NCBI GenBank assembly: GCA_964252035.1
Contig: OZ176205.1
Length of the DNA: 64,000 bases
Reading direction: 5' to 3' (one strand)
Source: Podarcis erhardii
Lineage: Eukaryota
Part shown: piece by piece, positions 14,030 through 22,072 of the stretch
Numbering within the stretch: position 1 is the first letter of the stretch
Layout: each line of letters starts with the position of its first letter
Notes under the pieces: generated by a model
The model's input: only the letters and a program-made list of their open reading frames with translations
Told to the model about the DNA's origin: nothing
The model's database searches: none
Made by a program: the position numbers and the translations under genes

Positions 14030-14342
14030 CAGGGATGGAGGAAGGGGGTGCGGTAGGTGCAGCTCACCCTGTGTGTCACCACTGAGGGGGGTGACAAAAT
14101 GCCGGGCGGCACTCACTGCGGGGCCTGCAGCGCAACCGAGCCACGTGTCTCTCCTAGGAGAGATGTGGTGGCTTAGGCGCACGCAGGCTCTGTGCTGCCC
14201 ACACTGTCTGCCTGCTGCCTCCCCCCCCCCCCAGCTGTAGGGCGGCTGAGTGGGAGGAGGCAGGCAAACTATGGAGGCCCCACAGTGCGCACTGCCCCTG
14301 GGCGCACCGCCCCAGGCGCCCGAGCAGCTTCCTCTGCCACTG
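14030..14342. mobile_element. hAT-type MITE
   Basis: Imperfect TIR CAGGGATGGAGGAAG/CTTCCTCTGCCACTG; perfect 8-bp TSD GGCTTACC. Confidence 0.85.
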
Positions 14343-14370
14343 GGCTTACCTTGGGTCACCTAAGCATATA

Positions 14371-14686
14371 CAGTGGTACCTCGGGTTAAGTACTTAATTC
14401 GTTCCGGAGGTCCATACTTAACCTGAAACTGTTAACCTGAAGCACCACTTTAGCGTACAGTGGTACTTCAGGTTACAGATGCTTCAGGTTACAGACTCTG
14501 CTAACCCAGAAATAGTACCTCGGGTTAAGAACTTTGCTTCAGGATGAGAACAGAAATTGTGCAGCAGCGGTGCAGCAGCAGCAGTGGGAGGCCCCATTAA
14601 CTAAAGTGGTACCTCCGGTTAAGAACCGTTTCAAGTTAAGAACGGACCTCCAGAACGAATTACGTTCTTAACCCAAGGTACCACTG
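14371..14686. mobile_element. Tc1/mariner-type MITEs: partial left end (14371-14455) followed by a complete, oppositely oriented copy (14458-14686)
   Basis: CAGTGGTACC termini with TA at each boundary; internal sequence matches the 56426-56667 copy. Confidence 0.85.
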
Positions 14687-14697
14687 TAATACTAAGC

Positions 14698-14966
14698 CAG
14701 TGTTTCCCAAAGTGTGGTAGGCATACCCCTAGGGGTAAGCAAAAGGATCTCAGAGGGTACAGGGCATAATTTTTTTAATTAACTTTATCGTAGTATAACA
14801 TTCACTATGTCTTAGTAAATTGGTGCCATATATTGTATTGGCTCTAGTCTAGATAAAATAGCATCTTTAAAACCACCCCCAAATTACATTTGTCCGAGAA
14901 GGTGTATGCCAATAAGACGAAACTCTCAAAAGGGGCATAGGATTATTCTGAGTTCGGGGAAAACTG
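14698..14966. mobile_element. hAT (Charlie-like) MITE
   Basis: Ends CAGTGTTTCCCAAA/TTCGGGGAAAACTG; TSD (T/C)ACTAAGC. Confidence 0.75.
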
Positions 14967-15005
14967 CACTAAGCCATTAAACGTTGGCTTATGGGCAGAG
15001 CAATA

Positions 15006-15231
15006 CAGTGGTACCTTGGTTCTCAAACTTAATCCATTCTGGGAGTCCGTTCAACTCCCGAAACTGTTCAAAAACCAAGGCGCAGCTTTGGATTAGCTGC
15101 AGGAGCTTCCTGCACGCAAGTGGAAGCCGTGTTGGACGTTCGGCTTCTGAAAAGCATTCGCAAACCAGAACACTTACTTTCGGGTTTGCAATGTTCAGGA
15201 GCCAATTTCTTCGAGTACCAAGGTACCACTG
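15006..15231. mobile_element. Tc1/mariner-type MITE
   Basis: TIR CAGTGGTACCTTGG/CCAAGGTACCACTG; TA TSD. Confidence 0.9.
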
Positions 15232-17048
15232 TACTAAGAGTAGGAAGGCAGCATGCATTTTTAATTCCATTCAGGAGTGAGAGGCTACTGCCATCCCAGC
15301 TGGCCTGAGCACGGCAAAGGAAAAACAAGCCTTTAAAACAGAGTTTGACTTACACCACCCTTCTTTGCTGGCATACGTTCCGCTGTGTTGCCAGGCCATG
15401 TGACTGAGCTGCAAGCGTTGTTTTTTTAAAAATCTCTTCTTTCCCCCTCCTGCCCCCATCACACCACTGGGACACACTTTCAGGGGACATATGCTGGCAA
15501 ACATTCTGCTGGCTGAAATCAAGGGGTGGGGACAAAACAAAACACTGCGGCTTTGTTTAACCCAGGAATGGAGAATCTGAGTCCCAGGTCCTGAATGTGA
15601 TCCACCTGATCTCTCTATCTGGCCCATGTGACTCTTCCCAGGCCGCATCCCTCTCTAACCACACTCCTCACAGCCCCTGTCCCAGGTGGTTTTGCCGGGC
15701 TGGAATGTGTCCTTAAATTGATAATGTCTCTTGTTGCCTTGATGGAGGACGCAGAGGGGTGTGTACGTAGAAACAAGCCTAAGGTACAAAAGTAAGCTTT
15801 ACATTAATTGTTCCACCCACACCACATTAGCCTTTGTCCCCACCCACCCCTGGCATGTGATGTGGCCCTTAGAAGGTTGTCCAGAATGGAATGTGGTTCT
15901 CAGGCTAAGAAGGATTTCCCTAGCCATATGTGTGTGTGCATGCATGCACATGCATGCATGGGGGGGGGGTTTCTTCTGGGTAGTTGGAGTGGAACCCCAG
16001 GTTCAGCTTGCCAACATATCTTATCTGATGCAAAATTTTAATTCATTTCTGGTGCTGAACATGCATTACTATACCCACATACCTGGAAGTCAACCCCACT
16101 GGCCTCAAGTGGGACTTGATGCTGAATTAGACGTGTGCAGGGTAGTGCTGTAAATCTCAGTTCCGAAAGTCCTGGGCTGTTCAGCAATGTGGTTTCGGGT
16201 ATTCAAGAATGTCGATGTAAAAAACAAACAAGCCCCGGAGCACAACAAACCTCTTGTATATGCAATCTTGCTCAGTCAAATGGGTTCAGAGGGAAACTCA
16301 CTGGGTTTATCGTTTTAATATATTTTCCCTGGGAGAGGGAGAAACATTCCTGAATGAATTGGTGTATATAGCGAGACGCCACACATGAAAATGCAATTGA
16401 TGACTAAGTCTGTGCGCCTCTTCCAGGAGGCCGGTTAACTCAAAAGCAACACGTGCAGCTAGTGCCTTTGTTGCACAATAGCATGATGGAGCCTGTGTAA
16501 AAAAGCTATTTATACTCTCTGATTCAGTTAACGGGAGGCTTGCTCTGATGTGCTGCCAGGGACCTTTAAAGTAGCCCATCCAAACAGATAGAGGAGGGCC
16601 TTGATGATCTTGTTTATCTAACCCTCACACATCCAAAACCCTCTTGCCCCCAAACAGAGTCATATCCTCCTAAGGCATTCCCAGAAATGCGGTCTGGAGA
16701 AACAGCTGGCTGGATTTCTCCAAACTGGTTGGCTTAGTTTTTTGTTTGCTGGGCCTCCACTAGGGATGCATGCATGAACTGTGAGTGACATGCAAAGGAA
16801 CAGACAGAGCTCCCGTTATTGAAACACTTTTAACAGTTGCACGGAACAGAGACTATTGGCAGGAACAGCCTTGTAAGGGAGACCCAAACCAGCCCTTACA
16901 AAGCTCTTTGCTGTGATTTGTTCTCAAGCCGAGAGATGGAGAGGCATATCCTGAAACATTTCAGAGGCTGCTTATTTTAATCTGCTTCAAGTAAGTGTTT
17001 GCTCTTCTCCTCCCAGAAGGTGATGGTGCAATGCCAAAAATGCACCGG

Positions 17049-17690
17049 TGTGCTGGACCCGGGGGAAAGGTACCGTGAGCGTAGTCTGAGTCCACACGAA
17101 GAGGGGCGAGGTCCGAGGCGGAGAGCCGGGCGGGGAACAGGAACGCTGGAACAGGAGGCCGAGCAGGGAACAGGAACACCGGATGGTCAGGAACAGGAGG
17201 CCGAGCAGGGAACAGGAGCACCGGGTGGTCAGGAACAGGAGGCCAAGCAGGGAACAGGAACACAGGAAGGTCCAAAGCCAACAACGACGTTGCTCCCGCA
17301 ACCTGGGACCGGGCTGACTGGGCTTTTATCCTCTTCTAAGGCCAGGGGCGGTCCCGGCCCCCAGGAGCCCCGCCTCCTCTGGCCTTAAGGCGAGCACTCC
17401 TCCTGGGAGCAACCAGTTCCCTTCGCCTCTCTGCCCTAAGCCTCTGCAGATCAGGAGAGGCCGAAGGGTTACTGGGCCCTGGAGGAGGCTCACCTGTAGC
17501 CACTGAGTCCTCAAGCCCCTCTGGGGCCTGAAGGGTTTCACCTGGGGCCAGCTCCTGGTGCTCTGCCACAGGTGCAGGCTCTTCAGCATCTAGGCCTTGC
17601 CCCAGTTCAGCCGGCCCTGGAGGCGGGGACTCCTGTGCAGGCTGGGATTCCTCTGGTTCATCCTCTGAATCGGAATCCCAGGCCATCACA
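17049..17690 (-). repeat. 3' LTR (642 bp)
   Basis: Direct repeat of 22073-22714, preceded on the minus strand by the polypurine tract. Confidence 0.97.
17148..17273 (+). repeat. Three tandem 42-bp repeats in the R/U5 part of the LTR (also 22172-22297)
   Basis: Units start at 17148, 17190 and 17232: GGAACAGGAGGCCGAGCAGGGAACAGGAACACCGGATGGTCA with few substitutions. Confidence 0.92.
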
Positions 17691-18199
17691 CCATCCCCCC
17701 TCCCAGGCCCCCCCCTCAACCGAGGGTCCGGACCCGGCTTGCCGGGGTACGTCGCATGGAACTCTCGGAGGCAGGCAGGTGCGTGGACGTTGGCCGCTGG
17801 TTCCCAGGAACGGTCCTCCGGTCCGTACCCCTTCCAGTCAATGAGATACTGCAGCTTTCCCCTGCGGTATCGGGAGTCCAGGATGCGTTCCACCTCGTAC
17901 TCAGGCTCTCCCTGAACCAACACTGGCTGCGGTCGGGGACGGTTCGGGTGGAACTCGTCGGGTGGGGCCACTGGACTCAGAAGGGACCTGTGGAAGACCG
18001 GGTGAACCTTCAGGGTTGCGGGTAACCGGAGACGGAATGCCACAGGAGAGACTTGGTCCACGATAGGGAACGGGCCGGTGAATCGGGCGTCCAACTTCCG
18101 CGAAGGTCGAGAGGGGTGGAGGTGGCGAGTGGAGAGCCAAACCAGGTCACCGACGCGAAGTTCCGGCCCCACCTGGCGGTGGCGGTCGGCCTGGGCTTT
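17336..18199 (-). CDS. In-frame continuation of pol after the TAA: integrase C-terminus (GPF motif), chromodomain, then an acidic/basic tail encoded in U3 of the 3' LTR
   Basis: Same frame as 18200-22009 (22039-18172 is divisible by 3); FTGPFPI motif; chromodomain YEVERILDSR...YLIDWKGYGPEDRSWEP; no stop until TAG at 17336-17338 inside the LTR. Confidence 0.88.
   Translation of the reverse strand, partial: KAQADRHRQVGPELRVGDLVWLSTRHLHPSRPSRKLDARFTGPFPIVDQVSPVAFRLRLPATLKVHPVFHRSLLSPVAPPDEFHPNRPRPQPVLVQGEPEYEVERILDSRYRRGKLQYLIDWKGYGPEDRSWEPAANVHAPACLREFHATYPGKPGPDPRLRGGPGRGDGVMAWDSDSEDEPEESQPAQESPPPGPAELGQGLDAEEPAPVAEHQELAPGETLQAPEGLEDSVATGEPPPGPSNPSASPDLQRLRAERRRELVAPRRSARLKARGGGAPGGRDRPWP
17694..17704 (-). 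other. Polypurine tract (plus-strand primer)
   Basis: GGGAGGGGGGA on the minus strand, 3 nt before the TG of the 3' LTR. Confidence 0.9.
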
Positions 18200-21100
18200 T
18201 TACGCTTCCTTGGCCTGGTGCAGTTGCTCCACCAAAAGCTGTTGCTGGGACTGGAGCTCTTGAAGCCACTCCGTCACCGCCGGGACCGCGGATGCCGGCA
18301 GCACATCTGGAAACAGCCGTGGATGATAACCGTAACTGGCCTGGAACGGGGTCTGCTGGGTGGACGCATTCACCGCGTTGTTGTAGGCGAACTCCGCCAA
18401 TGCCAGGTGGTCGACCCAGTCATCCTGCTGGTAGCTGCAGTAACACCGGAGGTACTGCTCCAGCACCGCGTTCGCCCGTTCCGTCTGGCCATCGGTCTGT
18501 GGGTGGTAGGCTGACGAGAGGCAGACCTCTGTCCCGAGGGTCTGGTGTAATGCTCGCCAGAACCGGGATGTGAACTGAACGCCCCGGTCGGACACCACGC
18601 GCTCAGGTAGGCCATGCAGGCGGAAGACATGCTGAAGGTACAGCTGAGCGGTTTCCTTGGCTGTGGGTACAGATGGGCAGGGGGCGCAGTGCACCATCTT
18701 GGTGAAATGGTCGGAGAAAACTAGGAGGCAGGTACAACCACGAGACGGGGGTAAGTCCACTACAAAGTCCAACGAAACCGTGTGCCAAGGGCGCGGTGGA
18801 ACTGGCAATGGCTGAAGTAGGCCGGGGGGTCGCCCGGTAGGGCCCTTGGCGCGCCGGCAGACATCACAACCAGCAACGTATCGAGCCACGTCAGCCTTCA
18901 GGCGGGGCCACCAAAACTCACGACTGACCAGATGGGTGGTCCGATACCGTCCAAAGTGCCCCGCTGCTGGGGCATCATGGGCCATCCGGAGAACCTCCAG
19001 CCGCAGTGGCCCTGGCGGGATGTACAGACGACCGTGGTGCAGCAGAAGGCCCTGATGCAGGACCAGCCCCGGATACTGTGGGCTGGACCCTTCAGCCAGC
19101 TCCTGGAGTCGTTCCTGGGCCCAAGCGTCGACCCGCTGCTGTTTCCGCACCCGAGCCTGCAGTGGCTCCGCCTCCTGGGTGGCCAGGAATGCAGCTGGAG
19201 GTAGGATCGTGGTGGGTTCTGCTTGCTGTACCGTGTCTGAGTTGTCTTCAGGTTTCCGGGACAGGGCATCCGCCTTCTGGTTCTGAGAGCTAGGGATGTA
19301 GCGGATCCGGAACTGGAACCGGGAAAAGAACAACGCCCACCGGATCTGTCTTTGGTTCAGCTTGCGGGTGGTCTGGAGGTACTCCAGGTTCCGGTGGTCG
19401 GTTCTCACCTCCACCGGATGTCGTGCCCCCTCAAGATGGTGGCGCCAGACCTCAAAGGCCACCTTGATGGCCAGTAGTTCCCGCTCCCACACAGTATAGT
19501 TACGCTCCGCTGGTAGGAGCTGGCGGGAATAGAAGGCACAGGGTAAGAGTGGCGCTTCAGGTCCATTCTGTTGAGACAAGACGGCACCGAGAGCCGTACT
19601 GGAGGCGTCGGTCTCCACCACAAAGGGTCGAGAGGGGTCAGGATGTTGTAAGATTGGCGCCCTCTGGAAACAGGCCTTCAACCCCTGAAACGCCTCCTCT
19701 GCCTCCTTGTCCCAGGAAAACGGCGTCTTTGGGCGCAGTAGCCGGGTCAACGGGGTGGTGCGATGAGCATAATCTGCGATGAAGGTCCGGTAGTAGTTGG
19801 CGAACCCCAGGAAACGCTGTAGGTCCTTGCGGTTCCGGGGTGCCGCCCATTCTCGAACCGCTGCCACCTTCCCAGGGTCCATCTGCACCCCATCTGGAGA
19901 GAGCCGGTGTCCAAGGAAGTCCACAGTCCGCTGATGGAACTCGCACTTGCTGAGCTTTGCGTACAAACGGTGCTCACGCAAGCGCTGCAGCACGGTCCGG
20001 ACATGTCCCTCATGGTGAGCCGGGTCACGGGAGTAAACCAGTATGTCATCCAAGTACACCACCACGTACTTGTCTAACAAGTCCTGGAACACGTGGTTGA
20101 TGTAGCGTTGGAACACAGCAGGCGCGTTGCACAAACCGAAAGGCATAACCAAGTATTCGAACTGCCCGTACCGGGTCCCAAATGCTGTCTTCCACTCATC
20201 CCCGGCTCGGATCCGAATCAAGTTGTAGGCCCCCCGGAGGTCCAGCTTGGTGAACACCTGTGCCCCTTGCACCCGCTCCAGCAACTCTGAGATAAGGGGC
20301 AAGGGGTACCGGTCTGGGATGGTAATTTTGTTCAGGGCTCGGTAATCATGGCAAGGGCGAAGTTCCCCACATTTCTTCTTAACAAAGAGCACTGGTGCCG
20401 CGGTAGGCGAGGTGGAAGGCCTAATGAACCCACGCTCCAGGTTCTTGCGCAAGAAGTCCTGCAAAGCCTCGCGCTCTGGCTCTGTTAGAGAATATAAGCG
20501 ACTCACTGGTAAGGGTGCTCCGGGCTGGAGGTCTATGCCGCAGTCAAAAGGTCGATGCGGCGGCAGCTGGTCTGCCCCCCGTTCCTCGAACACGTCCTGG
20601 TAGTCCTGGTACACGGCTGGGAGCGTGGGTGCTGCCTCCTCCGTGGGCGCGGCCGCCAGCGTCTCGGATTGAGCATGGGAACATGGGTCTGGGAAGTGCA
20701 CAGTCCGTTTGACCCAGTCAATCTGAACGTTGTGAGCTTCCAGCCAGTCCATCCCGAGCACGAGGGGGAACCGGGGCATAGAGGCAATGTCCAAAGTTCG
20801 CAACTCCCGGTGCTGCTGGAGACACAGGACCAGGGGCTGGGTCTCCTGAGTAACGGCTCCTGAACGTAGAAGCCGTCCGTCAATTGCTTCCACCTGGACC
20901 GGTTCTGGCTTGTTCCGAAGTGGCACCTGATGATGGGCAGCAAAAGCAGTGTCCATATAAGAACGGGTTGCTCCTGAATCCACCAAAGCATGGGTAAGAA
21001 TCCAGGGCCCACCTGGAGGGTATAAACGTACCGGAACCATAAGATGTTGCAAGTCCATTGGTGCGGGCCCATTCTGCGCTGTTTGGGACCCCCGGTAGCT

Positions 21101-22009
21101 AGGGCCATCAGCTACTGGGGGTTGGCGGTTTCCCTGCGGCTGGCGTTTCTCAGGGCAGGACCGAGCGTAGTGTCCACTTCCGCCACAGTAGAGACATAGA
21201 TTCCCCTCCCGACGCCGCACCTTCTCTGCGGGGGAAAGGCATGGCCGCACTGCCCCGAGCTGCATAGGCTCCTCCGATAACTCAGTTGTGACCGTGGGGC
21301 TGCCGGAAGAAACTGGTGCCGAGAACTGGAGGTGTCGTCGGCCCCGGGCCTGGCGACGATCCTCCAGCCGGTCGTCTATCTGTAGACTCCGTTGAATGAG
21401 AGTGTCTAGCGTGGTGGGGCGTTCCATTGTGGCCAGCTGGTCCAGTATCTCGTCCGAAAGCCCTTCGAGATACTGGTCCCGCAATGCCGAGTCGTTCCAG
21501 GTCAAGTCCTGTGCCAACAGCCGAAACTCCGTGGTATATGCGGCCACCGTGGACTCGCCCTGTTTCAACTGCCGAATCGCCCGGTTGGCTTGACTCCCTT
21601 TCTGGGGGTTGCCGAACGCGGCCTCCAAAAGATTGCAAAACCCCATATAGTCTGCCAGCAAGGGGGAGTCTTGCCTGAGTAGCGGCAACGCCCACTTGGC
21701 CGCCTGGTCCTTTAACAAACTAATCAAAAAGTGCACCTTGGTGCGGTCGTCAGGGAAGTTCCGGGCTCGCCCCTGAATATACAGCTTGGCTTGGGCGAGG
21801 AACATGGGAAAGCTGGCCGGGGCTCCATCAAATTTCTCGGGCAAAGCCACTGGGTACTTGCCAGGAGCCGGGGCGTCAGCCCCAGGAGCCGGTAGGGCTT
21901 CCAAGCGCTGCTGAAGTGCCGTAACCGCGTCGCTGAGCTGCTGCACGGTGTGAGTCAAGGCCTGGTTCTTCTGGGCCAAAGCCACCAGCGCAGCCGCCTG
22001 GTCAGCCAT
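18200..22009 (-). CDS. gag-pol: Gag-Pol polyprotein (Gag, CCHC knuckle, aspartic protease, RT, RNase H, integrase core), ending at a premature TAA
   Basis: ATG at 22009 in strong Kozak context (GCCATGG); zinc knuckle CLYCGGSGHYARSC at 21155-21196; protease LVDSGA near 20972-20986; RT YLDD at 20045-20056; RNase H VETDAS; integrase HHCC (HDAPAAGH...CDVC) and D,D-35-E core (SLDFV, SDRG, DGQTE). Confidence 0.95.
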   Translation of the reverse strand: MADQAAALVALAQKNQALTHTVQQLSDAVTALQQRLEALPAPGADAPAPGKYPVALPEKFDGAPASFPMFLAQAKLYIQGRARNFPDDRTKVHFLISLLKDQAAKWALPLLRQDSPLLADYMGFCNLLEAAFGNPQKGSQANRAIRQLKQGESTVAAYTTEFRLLAQDLTWNDSALRDQYLEGLSDEILDQLATMERPTTLDTLIQRSLQIDDRLEDRRQARGRRHLQFSAPVSSGSPTVTTELSEEPMQLGAVRPCLSPAEKVRRREGNLCLYCGGSGHYARSCPEKRQPQGNRQPPVADGPSYRGSQTAQNGPAPMDLQHLMVPVRLYPPGGPWILTHALVDSGATRSYMDTAFAAHHQVPLRNKPEPVQVEAIDGRLLRSGAVTQETQPLVLCLQQHRELRTLDIASMPRFPLVLGMDWLEAHNVQIDWVKRTVHFPDPCSHAQSETLAAAPTEEAAPTLPAVYQDYQDVFEERGADQLPPHRPFDCGIDLQPGAPLPVSRLYSLTEPEREALQDFLRKNLERGFIRPSTSPTAAPVLFVKKKCGELRPCHDYRALNKITIPDRYPLPLISELLERVQGAQVFTKLDLRGAYNLIRIRAGDEWKTAFGTRYGQFEYLVMPFGLCNAPAVFQRYINHVFQDLLDKYVVVYLDDILVYSRDPAHHEGHVRTVLQRLREHRLYAKLSKCEFHQRTVDFLGHRLSPDGVQMDPGKVAAVREWAAPRNRKDLQRFLGFANYYRTFIADYAHRTTPLTRLLRPKTPFSWDKEAEEAFQGLKACFQRAPILQHPDPSRPFVVETDASSTALGAVLSQQNGPEAPLLPCAFYSRQLLPAERNYTVWERELLAIKVAFEVWRHHLEGARHPVEVRTDHRNLEYLQTTRKLNQRQIRWALFFSRFQFRIRYIPSSQNQKADALSRKPEDNSDTVQQAEPTTILPPAAFLATQEAEPLQARVRKQQRVDAWAQERLQELAEGSSPQYPGLVLHQGLLLHHGRLYIPPGPLRLEVLRMAHDAPAAGHFGRYRTTHLVSREFWWPRLKADVARYVAGCDVCRRAKGPTGRPPGLLQPLPVPPRPWHTVSLDFVVDLPPSRGCTCLLVFSDHFTKMVHCAPCPSVPTAKETAQLYLQHVFRLHGLPERVVSDRGVQFTSRFWRALHQTLGTEVCLSSAYHPQTDGQTERANAVLEQYLRCYCSYQQDDWVDHLALAEFAYNNAVNASTQQTPFQASYGYHPRLFPDVLPASAVPAVTEWLQELQSQQQLLVEQLHQAKEA
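21066..21134 (-). other. -1 ribosomal frameshift cassette: GGGAAAC slippery heptamer plus predicted H-type pseudoknot
   Basis: G-GGA-AAC in the gag frame at 21134-21128; stem 1 CCCCCAGUAGCU/AGCUACCGGGGG (11 of 12 pairs); stem 2 GGCCC/GGGCC (loop 21101-21109 with 21066-21070). Same layout as the PEG10/sushi signal. Confidence 0.8.
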
Positions 22010-22060
22010 GGCCTCTGGCTCTTCCCGAACGCACCCCAACGAAGGGGGAGTGCGGGTGGG

Positions 22061-22070
22061 GCGGGAGCAA
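22061..22070 (-). other. Primer-binding site of the self-priming type (not complementary to tRNA CCA)
   Basis: Minus strand TTGCTCCCGC, 2 nt after the 5' LTR; no TGG start; perfectly complementary to LTR positions 22314-22323. Confidence 0.7.
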
Positions 22071-22072
22071 AC

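Noticed and set aside
14022-14350. Duplicated minus-strand splice donor (GGTAAGCC)
   Set aside because: It is the 8-bp TSD of a hAT MITE, and no matching exon or acceptor was found.
17148-17273. Possible CRISPR-like array
   Set aside because: Contiguous tandem units with no unique spacers, inside an LTR in a vertebrate genome, and no cas genes.
16999-17388. Plus-strand ORF with 14-aa repeats (EQEAEQGTG...), also 22008-22412
   Set aside because: Antisense to the element, and open only because the 42-bp LTR repeat is a multiple of 3; no ATG start and no counterpart in the solo LTR.
17572-21695. Many overlapping alternative-frame and antisense ORFs inside the Gypsy element
   Set aside because: Shadow ORFs expected in GC-rich coding sequence; no recognisable domains.
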